This document shows positions 37,381 to 52,300 of a DNA stretch of 64,000 bases, piece by piece. This stretch comes from Setoptus koraiensis (Eukaryota > Animalia > Arthropoda): NCBI GenBank assembly GCA_048013815.1, contig CM106586.1:12400001-12464000 (forward strand), in the 5' to 3' direction. Under the pieces are notes generated by a model. The model was not told the origin of the DNA. It saw only the letters and a list, made by a program, of their open reading frames with translations, and searched no databases. Within the stretch, counting starts at the first letter, position 1. Each line of letters opens with the position of its first letter. A program made the translations under genes and the position numbers.

Positions 37381-38262
37381 CTACACAAGTGTATACTTTT
37401 TTAAGTTTTGAAGCTCCGACTTGAGTTTCAGCATAATATCTTGTTCATTTTCCGACATTTTTTGCCTGAACTCTTCAGCTAAAGACGCTTTCTCTGATGT
37501 GCATTGATTCAATTTCTGCTTTGCTATAGTCAATTCATTCTGAAACCAAGAAATCTGCTTGTAAAATTCTTTCAATTCGTTCGTGGAATCATCATGGCAC
37601 TTTTGTTTATTATCCAGTTGTAGGTTCGCGATGGTTAGTTCTTTCTCTTTTTCATTCAATTTTCTTTTAATTGCATCCATCGAGGAGCCGAATTCCTCAG
37701 ACATAGACTTGATGATGTCATTTTGGGTCTTTGTTGCCTTTGCGAGCTCCAGCTTCAATGAACTCAACTCTTTCTCTTTTTGTTCAGAAGTTCCTTTATG
37801 GAGTTCAATCATGACTTCGCAAGCCTTTTTGTTAACTGACATGTCTCCTAACTGTCTTAATAGAACTTCATTTTTCGCTCGTTCACTCTCCAGTTCCTTT
37901 TGCATCTTTTCAAATGTTGATCCAATCATGATCACCTTCTCTTCCAACGATAATTCTGGTTGCTGTTGATCTTCCCCTGCCTCAATCTCCTCCTCTTGGT
38001 CGGCATTAACCATACTGGTGCTTGGTGATAGTTTATTATCATTTCTGGCACGACCCTTTCTCACTCTAAAATCTTTATCGTGGCTAAGGCTTTCAAAAAA
38101 GTCGATTACCGACTTTACATCCTTTCTTTTGTCTTGGTTTCCCTCGGTTCTGATTGATTGTTCATCGGTCAATGATGAGACCGTAGGTAACACAAGACTT
38201 GCAAGCAAAAGAGACGCTCCAGCTATAAACAAATTCACCTGTCGATGAGACATTTTACACAT
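37381..38262 (-). CDS. Orphan predicted secreted coiled-coil protein, 293 aa, single exon
   Basis: ATG at 38262. Hydrophobic N-terminus (LFIAGASLLLASLVLPTVSS), then an acidic region and long E/K/L heptad-like helices. The 882-nt ORF is far longer than background ORFs in this AT-rich region. No family recognised. Confidence 0.75.
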   Translation of the reverse strand: MCKMSHRQVNLFIAGASLLLASLVLPTVSSLTDEQSIRTEGNQDKRKDVKSVIDFFESLSHDKDFRVRKGRARNDNKLSPSTSMVNADQEEEIEAGEDQQQPELSLEEKVIMIGSTFEKMQKELESERAKNEVLLRQLGDMSVNKKACEVMIELHKGTSEQKEKELSSLKLELAKATKTQNDIIKSMSEEFGSSMDAIKRKLNEKEKELTIANLQLDNKQKCHDDSTNELKEFYKQISWFQNELTIAKQKLNQCTSEKASLAEEFRQKMSENEQDIMLKLKSELQNLKKYTLV

Positions 38263-38555
38263 AGTGATTGGTGTCCGTTTGTATCAAGTTATTGTCAGAT
38301 CGTCCCTGTAAATGAACCACTCTTTTCGATCAAATCAGGAGCAGAGTGAAAATTGAGAATTTAAACGATGACGAGTGAAAAGAATGAATGAAAATGCTAT
38401 ACAACTACTGTGTAAAGCATAGGCCTTATGTCTAGTAAGCGATTCTCGGGTCTAATAATAGCAATCTATACCATGTCGTATGGTGAGCGTCAAAAATACT
38501 GTGTTCTTTGCTTTATTCAATGACGATGGTGTACAAGGTTCGTTCAGCTGAAGGT

Positions 38556-40365
<1,810 letters not shown>

Positions 40366-40884
40366 ATGGCTCACACTCAAACCCTACTGCAAGCCATGAT
40401 GTGGAAACAATGCCTATCATCGACCGAATTTAGGAATTTAATTGTTAGGATTATGCAATACGACGAGCAAAGTCAGATAACTAATGAAAAATTGTCCGAG
40501 GTTGTATCGGCTGTGAATGAGAAAATTAAACCATTCAACATGATGATCAGATCGTCCGTTTGTGAGGTAACTAGAGAAGCCTACTACAGTCTTATATCAA
40601 CTATCGACAATGAAGTCACCCGTATGGCCACATTTCACACACCTAAGGAATATGAATATTTTAGATTGTTACTTAAAAAGTTGATTGAGGATGGAAAATT
40701 GCCCATGCGAGAGGCGAAGCAATTGAGCAAAGGTTTTCTCTTGGGTCAGAAGAAGCCAGAAGATATATTGGAAGAGTGGACGAGAAAGCGCTGGTTTGTT
40801 TCCATTCAAGAGGACGATGTGAAATATATAGTTCAGGGGCCCAGATGTTCTGCCGAACTGGATGTTTTAATGCCAATGTTGTAA
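40366..40884 (+). CDS. NSMCE1: Non-SMC element 1 (NSE1)-like, tandem winged-helix region only, 172 aa, intronless
   Basis: TLLQAMM...VVSAVNEKIKPFNMMIR...YYSLIS...VTRMATFHTPKEYEYFRLLLKKLIE...EDILEEWTRKRWF...GPRCSAEL parallels NSE1 (RFLQLLM...FINNINSVL...IYALVN...ISKMATDFAENELDLFRKALELII...EQVLQKFVQNKWL...HGRAILEM). Likely ATG is 40366; the track ORF starts at 40267. Confidence 0.8.
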   Translation: MAHTQTLLQAMMWKQCLSSTEFRNLIVRIMQYDEQSQITNEKLSEVVSAVNEKIKPFNMMIRSSVCEVTREAYYSLISTIDNEVTRMATFHTPKEYEYFRLLLKKLIEDGKLPMREAKQLSKGFLLGQKKPEDILEEWTRKRWFVSIQEDDVKYIVQGPRCSAELDVLMPML

Positions 40885-41398
40885 AAAATTTATTTTGTAT
40901 AGTAATTAATATCATAACCACTGCCTTTCAACATACCATGACTTCTCGAAGCTTTCTCAATAAACGGCTTCTCCCGCTCCCCAGAGTAATCTGAGGTTTC
41001 AACTTTGAACAGTTAAACAAGCACCATATTGCCCATAATGGCTGCGCTCGCTATTGGCCTCACTATTACAGTGAAAGTGGTCGAACGGCCACAAATTTGG
41101 GACCGAAAAGGGCGCACTATTGAAAAATACAATGGGAAATTCCCATTGGAGGGCTGAAATGTGAACTATTCACATTATCTATGAATATCAATCTTACGAA
41201 GTAACAGTAGCAATTTCAAATCCGACTTGTGGCCGTTCAAGATTTGGCCGTTCAACCGCTTCCACTGTATGCGCAATATACTATATCCCATGGAGCCCTC
41301 GCACGGCCACAGACATCCGGTTCCGGTCCGCGTGTTACGCTTAAGATATAGTTGTCTTCGCAATGTTGATATTGTTTTTATAATAGCCAACATGAACT

Positions 41399-43305
41399 CT
41401 AGTTATTTTCAGGTTCGGATTTCAAATCTACATTGTCATTGTGATGATGATGATGGTGTTTGCGATGGCGACGTCTGCGGTGCATACTGTGATGATGATC
41501 GCGATGATGACGCTGTTGCGAATCGTGCTGTTGCTGAGCTATTTGGCCATGACTACTCTTGCTACGAGCTCGGCGTGTCTTATCATGATGGCTGAGCTTA
41601 TGGCGAGACACAACTAAATTACAATCTGCCGTATTACATGTACAATTTGATTCTGGCATCATGGGGGCTATTATGGGGCTGCCAGTAGCAGTTTTATCTG
41701 GGGTCGTGGACAAACGACAACGATGCTCGTGAACGTTGTCCGAAGATTGCTGTTGTGCATCGTTGGTTGTAGCCTGGGCTGAATTGGTTTGGTGTTCAGT
41801 GTCATCATCATTACTATTATTATTTGCTGTTGTTGTTGTTTTATTATTATCATTAGTTATATTAAAAGATTGATATAAGTCTGTTGTGGCGTTACTACAA
41901 GTGCTAGAGGGATCTATATTGCCTAATATATCAAACTCCTCCTCTATTTTATCTTGGCGTCGTTGCTCCCTAAACAATCTCGTTTTGCCACCGCTACTGC
42001 CACTGCTACCACTGCCGCCATTACCGTTACTTGATCCACCGCCAACAATCTTGCCACTGACCATTCTGAAGGCATCAAGCATGCCGTTATTTCTATTACG
42101 AGTGTGTTTTTTGTTGTTTTCATTGCCGGACCAACAATGATTGATATCATCATAATCATTATGGTTATTATTACTATCGCTATTAGGACGAATCTGATCG
42201 TTTTCGTCATTTCTGTACGACGAACAGCAATTGGCAAGATCTATTGTGACACTGTGCTGCCTGGCAACGCTATTAGTGGTGGTCAGATGAGAGGTCAGTG
42301 TGGGCGCTATTGAATTTTTGTTGGTGATGGTCGTCGTGGAGTTTAATGGATTGGTCGTGTCATTGGTATTGTCAATGCTGGCACTGCTGCTGTTGTTGTT
42401 GTTGTTGTTGATTTGGTTGTTGTCGTGCTCATCAAATAGCTTATTCATGGTGATATTGGCGGCAACTTTGGCATCGCCAGCCGCACACGAATCACGACAA
42501 CAACAACAAGAATAACAGCAGCAAACAATCAACGATTGTTGATTGTTGTTCTCGTGATTGGTGGCCAATGACGACTGGGGCGATTTAAACCTTCGTTTAC
42601 AGCAGTTCGAGCTCACAGTTTGCTGTTGTTTCAATTGTTTATGGTTATTATGGTGATGATGATGTTGATGACGACAAGCTCGCTTCTTCGACGTGCTCGC
42701 TGATTTTCTGCTATCACTCGTCTGCTGTCTATCACAACCATGATTGTTCTGTCTGACACGAACGCCACAATCGGTGCACTGGTCATCGTCGGCACAACAA
42801 ATTGACGCTTGCTTCGTCTGGCCACCAGCACTGTTGTCACCTTGATCATTAGCGACGGAATCAGACGCACTAGTTATTCTAGTTATGTTGTCATAATTAT
42901 AAGTGATGGTGCAACTGCCCATTGGCCCCATTGACACTCTGCTGGGCTCCTCTTGTTGTTTTGCCCCCGCTAGTTGCTCTCTATTGTCTCCCGGCGGCTT
43001 GTTGTCATTGATTAGTCGTTGACAAGCTTGCTGCTGTTGATGCTGACCATGGTCCGAATCGTTGTTGTGTATGTTGTTGTTTTTGTCGTTCACTGTGCCG
43101 TACTGTTGATCGTGATTGTCGACACGCTCCAGAGGAGCAGGCGGAGGCGGCGGCGACGAACGCGCCCCCTTGGACAATTGGTGCTGGATTTTGCGCCTCA
43201 CCGACGCGGTCAGCATACTCAAATTAGTGCACTGCTCAATGGCGGGTCTGGCGCCGCTCGAGATCTTGCTTGAGGCGCTGTTGTCGTGGATGACATTGTG
43301 CGCAT
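41399..43305 (-). CDS. LGR1: LGR last exon (low-complexity C-terminal tail)
   Basis: Acceptor CAG|AT at 43305 after a polypyrimidine tract. The phase-1 join gives ...QP-N-AHNVIHDNS... and runs into the 607-aa ORF. TAG at 41399-41401. Confidence 0.75.
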
Positions 43306-46300
43306 CTGGTCACGTACATATCGGTAAAATAAGTAAAATAAGAAATAAGAGATTACGCAATAAGTTACTGCTACTACTACCACTGACAGTGCGGGCATAT
43401 AAATAAAGCAGCGACGTCTAGGTGTGGACAGAGTTATCGCAAGCGGTAGCCCGGGCCCCATCGGGTCAAGTGGCCCACACTTACTTGGTTGGGTGCGCAC
43501 ATCGGCGCCTCTCTGGTGCATTCGATACATGCGGCCATTGGCCCCGTTCTGGTTGCGCTGTTGTTGGCCTCGTTGTTCACCTGTCGCTTTGGAGCGTTTC
43601 AAGTGAATTTCGTGCCTCCAATCCAGATTGTTGTTTGTTAGCGGGTGATTGTTTTCAGCCTGTTGTTTGTAGCCCAAATTGGGGCCCATCTGATTGTAGG
43701 GCGGCAGCACGGACGTGGTTGAATGCTGGTTGCGCTTCTTGCGCCAGGTCTCGTAGCGCACCGTTAGACTATATAAGTCGCGTTTGTATTGTCTGGTGCT
43801 GATTGCATACAAATAGGGATTGGCCATAGAGTTCAGAGGATAAATGAACACCAACAGTATCTTGGCGTTGGTGACATTCACCAATGGGTGACCCATAAGC
43901 GCGGTGAATCCCGTGAATATGATGGGGCCCCAGCAGGCGAAATCGGTCAACACAAGCAGTGCCATTCGCATGGCCACTGTGCGCTCCTTGGCGGTGGCTT
44001 GCGTCTTTTGCCGAATGATCAACAGATACATCTGATTGGTTCAATTTGCCGTCGATTCCATTGGTTTAGCGAGTTCATTATTAGTTATTAGTTATTTTAG
44101 TTTATTATTTATTAGTATTGGTGGCGAAGAAATATCGGTCGCTTACATGAGGAGCTTAATTAAGAGCGAATAAAAAAATAGAATTAAAATCATCGTTATC
44201 ATCAGTCACTCACCTTGAGATAGCAGGCAAATATGATGGCGAAGGCACCAAAGTTGAGCGCCAGCAACGAGAACAAATAAACGCGATCCTTGGTGTCGCG
44301 CGTCTCCAACGGCAAACAAATACTTGTCTTGGAGTAACTGTTGACGCCCGCCTCGCCAAACACGGGCATCAGCGCAACACTGAAGGCAAATATCCAGCCT
44401 ATGGTCATTATTTTGGCCGCCCAGCCCAACTGAAGGCGCATGTTTAAATCAATGGCATAGGTGATGGCGTAATAGCGCTCAAATGTGATTAATGTCAGCG
44501 TAAATATGGACAATTCACTTGCGAATATGCTCAGGGTGCCCGCCACCTTGCAGCCCCAACCGTGTTGCCAATCGATGGCCGTATTGAAATAGGTGCCCAT
44601 GGTGGCAATGTCAACAAAGGCCAGCATGGCCAAATATATGCCCATACTGAGATCGGCCAATGCCAGATTTAATTGCAAGAACTTACTAACGCTAATGTTA
44701 CATTTCACTCTAACAGTGCTAATTAGCACCACTATGACAGACATATTACCAAAAATGGCCGCACCAGCCACCACCCAAACTATCACACGCAATATACTGT
44801 AGCCCATTACATCTTCGCACGGATTGAAGGCATCCGGTTCCGGTTTGCAGGTTATATTGTAGTGGTGATTCATTAGTTCGCCGCACTCAAAGTGCAGTAT
44901 CTTGTCTGTGTTGATATTGTTGATATGACCGTGCCAGTGGTTATTGTCTGAGTTACTGTTTCCGCTAATTTTTAGCATACTTTCGGCCCCGATATTATTG
45001 TCGACATAATTATTGTTGTTAGTGCTTTGGCTATTAGACAGTAAAAGTGACAGCGCCAGAGAGGATTTGTCCATTTGATTATTATTTGGCTTTAGGTCGC
45101 TCATCGGCCCATTAGACACATGAGAACGCGCATACTGCCGTCCACTAGATGGCGCGTGAGTACTTCCGGGCAGTCTTATTTCTTCTTCATTATTGCTATT
45201 CTTATTATTATTACTTTTGTTGTCTGATCGATACTGACCTTGGGCTTGCTGGTAATCGACCGGAACTTTGATGCCTACGTTGATTGTTACCGGCGGCGAT
45301 CCCAGCCACGATGCCGAGGCCGTCTTGTGACCACCAACGGTTTTTTCATCGAAGATCCCGTCAAAACCGCCTCCAGTTTCGGTGTTCGAGTGGCTTAGGT
45401 CAGAATCGTTGTGACGCGGATTTTTGGGCGATGCTGGCGCCGCTATTGCTGTCTGGCCGGATTTTTTGTGTTGCTGTTTTGTGGCCAATGTAGTTAGCTC
45501 TTGCCAATCCGATTCCTGCTGTGCCCGTTGATGCTGATAGTCGGCGGCAACATCGTGCTGTTTCGCGCCACTGTAACACAATCTACGGTCAGATTGGCAT
45601 TATATATGTTTGAGAGACATTTCGACAATATTGTTATTATACGATAGCCACGTAAATATAAATAAAGAGCGATATTATTCATCGTTATCATGTAACACGT
45701 ATAAGTACCTGTTTATTTCCTCTTGACGTTGTATATCGTGCTGTTTTGGGTATTTAAAGGCACAACAGTGATAGGCATAGGTAAGTTGGGCCTCTTTTAG
45801 GCTTGGCAAATCATAAATGGACGGAATTCGTTTGAGCGTGTACGTGTTTATCACGTGCAACGTCCGCAAGCTGTCCAAACCGAGCGAGGGTAACTTGGTG
45901 AGACTTGTATTGGAAACATCGCTGTAGGCATCGTTCGTATGCATATATGTATTATTATGCACCAACACGTCAATGAATACAGCCCATACAGGCATTATGG
46001 TGATGTATGTAATGAGACGACAAATTGCATAATAATCGATGGTCAATCAGTGATTGAATGATGGCCAATGGCCATTTGTTCAGGGAGAAAAAGAAGTTCA
46101 GGGATTGGTGGTGTTTGTGAAATTGTCCCATCTCGAAGCTGTGATTCTATCTACGATGTCCATCAATTGATTGCTAGTGGCAACAAATCTATGCAAATGT
46201 AACTGTTCGTTTTCAATGTTTATGCTCCAGTAAAAGTGGAGCCCCGCTGCAACACAGATATTACGCATGATAACGATATCAACTGCAATCTTGTATCAGA

Positions 46301-49300
46301 TCTGGACATTCACCGGATAACACCGGTTCTACATTCACGGTAGGCCGGGCTCGATGTGAACTCTGATTGGTCACATTTCCGACTGAACAAACAATATATT
46401 GGCACTAACTACTTACAGTTCGGTAAGGCTCTTAATGCCAGCGAATGCTCTGTCATGTATGAATACCAAATTCTTGTTGCCCTTGAGCGTCCTGAAACAG
46501 AATGCGGAAGAAAAAGACAAATTCATTCCAACATAAATATATCTGGATATAAATATCTGGACACACACACATCGCTGTATATCGAGGCATTCCCTTTATC
46601 TGCGGTCGTGTGCTCAGTTTGCAGACAATCGATCCATCGGACCCAGCCCAGGTCATTAGAGCGGGTTTCGAATCAGCCGGCACAAAGCCTGCCTACGATT
46701 TTTTTTTCCTAGGCAGGCAATGGTCGATCTTGTCGCGAGTCTTTCGCTTTAGTTACTCACAGTGAGGCCACTTCCGATCCATTGAACACACCTTCGCCGA
46801 TTGAGGCTATATTGTTGAATTCGAGATTTCTTATCGGCAAATAAACAGGCCATTGTGTTGTCGTCAATCATGTGTTGTGCCATGGCATCGCATCGCAAAA
46901 GCATGACAATGAGATAGAGAAGACAAACGAATGGACGATCAATTAGTTGTGGAAATGCAGTCTCTATGCAGCAGCAGTGGGCAGTCGGCCTACACGCTGA
47001 ATTAGTAGTCTCTGTCATTTTTCTGTCCCGCCAGACTAAATGACGAGCCGATTTGAGCCAACGTAAACGTGCTTGAAGAACCGGAAAACAACCCTTAATT
47101 CTGATTAATTGACCCGATTCAGGGAATCGCAGTGAAGAGTTTTTGCTACCTCTTCTTATCGCACCCGTTGCAGGCCCAACAGGGCCAACCTGTCACTATT
47201 GGGGTTCCTTGAAGTGTGCCATCTTTAGCGTCGGCGTTGTGCAACAGCGAGAAAAACAATGAGGCCGCCATGGAGTCTGTCACCACTCGAGTTTAGATGT
47301 CGTGCTGTGTGCGTGTGACTTGGACTACGACGAGGCTGGGGCCCCCGCATCAAGGTTGCAGCGATGATGGTTAGCCCGTCAGATTGAACTTGAATGGCCT
47401 CGTTTCCGACGCCATTCTTCAACCGTTTAGATACCTACAGAATTTCCGTGCGCACCCTTATAGGATGATGGCCTAAACTGTCAATATTATTGCTATCAAG
47501 ATCGCTACACGTTGCGCGTGTTAGTTGGGCGCCAGTTAGTTTCCAAGAGTGACATCGATGATGTGATAAAGAAAAAACAGACAGGAAATCAGATAGAAAT
47601 TGAACGGGGTCAATAATGGAGCTTACGACCAATTGATGAGTGTGTGTGTTCCAAGTAAGTTGAGTGCTATTTGTTGAACCATCGATGCGTGAGTCGACGG
47701 AATCACACACACACACACACACATGGTAGAAGTGACGGATATTTCGCTTGAAAAACCGACGCAATAGATTTATAAGAATGGCTATTTAATGATCACTTAC
47801 ATATTGCTAAGAATGTTGTCGTAGAATTGGCTGAAATTTGCAAACACTTTCAATCCGGTCTGCTGAATGCGCCTGAGATGAATGAATGAATGAGTGAAAA
47901 AAATGGGACAATTTGTTAGTGAGAAAATATTTATTTTTATTTTTTCGCTGTTGCAATTATAACGCTGACGCAGGCACAATATTCACAAACGGTGCGCTAG
48001 TATGCGGGCCAATTTTGTCGCCCAAAAAACCAGCAATAAAACAAACTAATGAATAAGTGAAATAACGAAAAGAGGCCGGGGCCAATCTGGGCCACATGGC
48101 CAAGTGTGTCGAGTAACAAGAGATAAAAATTGTTTCACCAAACAGATTTGCATGTCAACCGGTCGTATAAATAACCGATTCAAAGCAATAGATGTCGTTA
48201 CTGGCAGGAAAATACAAACGAGCTATTTTGATTGGTTTTTAGGTGAAAAAATATTTTCACATTTAGACGTCACAAAAGGCATTAATCATCTGGATAATTT
48301 CAGCTCAATTGCATTCAAACAAAAACATATTTATATGTGTGTTTCGCATAACCAGACCGGCCAGATCTTGTCTGGCCAGAGGCCCATTTTGTATAGACAG
48401 CCAGACCATAGATGGCTGGCGGCTTGTCTATCTGACGGCGCCAACTGGCAGCGCACATGTCATCGGTTTGTCGGACTTTGACTGACTTGGCGAGCTAACT
48501 GCTGCTTCGGTGGCAACTGGTAACTGAAAGAAAAAATTAATAGAGTTGGCTGGTCTGAGTGTCTCTGGTGCGTCTTGAACTTGTGGTGCAGCTCGAAGAG
48601 GGGAGGGGGCCCGGCTTAATATAGTAATATTGTGATATGGTGGTGGCACAGTAATATAGTGGCCATCCCATCTTGACCAGTGGCTATGACAATGGCAGTG
48701 CTGGCAATAGGGGACGGCTCAAAAGAAAGAAGCAACTCAGCAAGAGCAAAAGAGATGGATTTGTCTCTGTTCGAGAATAATAACTCACCCATACACACAC
48801 ACACACACACACAACAACAATGTGTAGTGGGAGTGGGCCCCAATTTCCAATAGATTTGCTAGACAAAACACCAATGGTCACTGCCAGCAACATACGAGGG
48901 CCGGCCAGTCATATAGATGGACGGATAGATAATAACTAGCTGCAACAACAATATAACATTACATAACTTTTGTACTTGTGTCCGCAACAGTCTGGCCAAG
49001 ATTAATCTGACACAGTATTCAAGTAGCTGCAAATATCGTTTGCTGGTGCTAGCTGGCCGGTGGCAGATAATGTTTTGGGGCCCCAAACAAATACTGCCAG
49101 CTACCACTGTCAAGTGAACAAGTGCACAAACAGAGAACACGCCCTGACACTTGCTATGCATGTAAACGGCCAGTGGCATGTGTATATATATATATATATA
49201 TATATGTGATTGTTTGAGTCAACACTGATGGCATAAACATTGGATATTTGGCCCAATTAATCTCAATGCTGCGCAACAAAGTTAGAGCAACAAAGCTAGA

Positions 49301-52300
49301 GAGTGTGACAAACAAAGGAAGCGCAAGACATAATGCACCCAATCAAGGGGGACCCAAACAACGCCAATGCAAACAACGCCATTTGCAACAACCGAAAAAA
49401 TCAACAAGGCCGCAACGGCAATTACAGCGCCACTCGGGCCCCAGGCGAAATAGTTGCGCTACAACAACATTGTGTTGTGTTGTGTTTTTTGCTGTCATAT
49501 TTGTATTGCGTAACAATGTACTGATGGTTGGGGTCCCACCACATTAATTCGCTTTAGTTGCCACAATGTTATCGAGGCGCACCAGCGACAGTTTTAATGG
49601 CAATGCATGCAGTGACAAGATACAGACATTTTCAAAACAGTCGGCTTATAGGTCACTTGTAAATCGCAATATAAACAACAATAACAATATAAACAAAAAT
49701 ATACAATGCCATATTGCCACTTATTTTGTATGTTGGCCACTCTCTGTCACGAGGTTCAAGGGCGACACCATTTAGGCAAGTGTGAGGCCCGCGAGACGCA
49801 TAAAATTGAACGCGCGCAATCAGTGCTATCAGATACAAATTGATTAGCTGTTCCATTGATAGTGAGCACTTATGGTGCGGGCGTATCGCGTGGGCGCCCC
49901 CGCACGGACGATCAGGTGACTCTGTCACCTGTTCAGGGGCGACCATATGAGCGGATAAACAGATGAGGCGTGGGCCAAGCGATTGATAGTCAAATTGGTG
50001 GGCGCTGATGCGCTGTAATTATCTGGGCCGTTCCATTGATCGATTGGTCAATTGAATGGGCCCAGAAGTGGCACCCGCACAGGGGAGTCACACTCAGGGG
50101 AGATGGGATTTGGACAGGATAAATATTCAATTTTGGCTGGCTTGTTTTAATGTACTTACAGTGCTTTGAATTCTCTCAAGTTACCACGAAATATATCTGA
50201 ATATGCAAGCGTTCACGTGTGAATACGAAGTGTAGCGTTGCAGCAGCAGCAGCAGCAGGTAGCGGATAAAAAAAGCCGAGAGTTAGACGCACATAATTAA
50301 TCATGGATTCTGAAATTTCGGGCCCGCTCTGCTCGGCTCGGTGTGACTCGTTGGCAAGGTGATTTTTCTCTGCGTGCGAGATGTTTTCTCTCAGGGGATA
50401 TATTGGTGAGAAATGCCCCGGGAGAGGCGATTGGGCGTCGTGATGACGGAATATGGGCACTTGCATACTTACTATCGACAGTGGTTAGCAATGGGGCGTG
50501 AAAAATATATCTGTTTGCGTTCGTTTGCATGGATTGAACAGTTGTCGTGTGAGTGATGCAAACAAGAAACAAAATATCCTCATTAATATACAGATCTTTG
50601 CGACAGTGTTGAAATTCAGTGAGGCATCGCAAGCTCACGGAGGCGCCACTGGCGACAATACTCACAGAACACGGAGGCGCTTCATATCGGTGAATGTGCC
50701 CGGCTCGATGCTGGTTAAACGGCGTAAATTTTCCATAGATCTGTGTAAGTGAGTGTCGTGTACACAACAGTCATTTAGCAAGTCGGGCGGACAGATTAAT
50801 CAATTAACAAGTTGCATAATACGAGTTGCATAATACGAGTTGCATAATACGAGCTGCATAATACGAGCCGCATAATACAAGATGCAGAAGTGAGCGAGCG
50901 ATGCAACGGGCCAATGGGCAAATGGGGGCCCAGGTAACCCGAGGGGGGATCTCTGGTAAAAGTTGGTATGGTTGTTGTGCTGTGTTCCACTCATGTGCAA
51001 ACGATAAGCAAACAGTTATCATGCCTAGCTACCTACAAATCGCGCAATGTGTTCCTGTAGTTGACAAATGTGTCGTTGCGTAATACTTGAATACCTACGC
51101 TCGATAGGCGACTAACAGTCGCGTTTCATTTATGTTGAGTGTGTGCATGAATGTTTGTTGATTATGGGGTGACAGGGGGGCAAGAAGATAGACAGAAAAT
51201 AGTTTGTATTTCGTTAGTTTTAGCGTTTTTTCTACTTGCAGCGCTACAGCGGCGTAACACTGTAAATTAAATTGATTATAATTTAATTAATTAATTGAAT
51301 TATTGATTGCTCTCAGCAATGGCTCTCGCTTTGCCCGTTGTAAACTGTTGCGAGATGCGCTCAGCTGACAGTTTTTTTCGGGCAGGCATTTTCGACACAA
51401 TAGATGCGACAGGTTTAGGTCGCGCGCCTCTTTCTTGATATCGTTGTTTTGTTGATACAAACGCTGCGAGTAGGCGCAGCAGATGAGTCAGATACCTTGA
51501 GTGACAAATGTAAAAAAGAGAAATCATCATTCGCGAGTCGCATTAGAATTGATGCGACTGGGGTGCCGAATGATAGAATGCAATGGCCGCTGTAGTGTCG
51601 TCGCTGTCTAGACATAGCGGACAAGTGAACTTTTCTGAAGTGTATTCGTGGCTTGTAATGTGTTGTCGCTCAAGGCAGTTTCGGATATTTCACCCGACAG
51701 ACTAGGCACAGCATAATGACATTGTGTGACAATCGTCACCGGCAAATCACTTGATTCAAGTGGATGATACGACACAATATTACTGGAGCGAATACTATTG
51801 GAGTTGGGAGGATACTCAAGTGCCTTGCATGAGTTTTTGTATTTGCTCGCATTGAGCTTGAATGAACTGATTAAAATCGGTAGCTTTTTTTGGCCTTGTT
51901 GCGATGTTTTGCCTTGGCCAGACCACCACGGTCAGAGAATTTCGGAATGCCGTACGGCTCATGCGATATCCGAGCATTGAAAGCTGCGGTACCAGCACGC
52001 AGCAATTTCGCTCATTGTAGACTACAATTTGTAGTAGACTGTTGTTGTTCACCGATTTGAGCCACTGACTTTTGGCCGCACGCCGTTGTTGCGTCATCCA
52101 TTGTTGCCATAATGGCTCCAGTGTTTCAGCGGACTAAATATCTGCCTAAATATAGATAGGCGCCTAAATGCCGACATTTAGGCGTCTATCAGAAGCTGTT
52201 TAGACAAATCAATTGCGCAAGTTTCAATGGGCGGCCCAGTGAAATATAATAGATGGCCCACTATGCGGTTTGCTGACTCGCACAATCTGAGGATAAAGCG

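Noticed and set aside
43219-43484. ORF-track C-terminus of the TM6-7 ORF containing an apparent extra hydrophobic segment
   Set aside because: It is read-through into intron 43306-43484 (GTAAGT donor, T-rich tract, CAG acceptor).
48393-48431. Imperfect hairpin as a pre-miRNA
   Set aside because: Only ~40 nt with bulges, and no known miRNA seed recognised.
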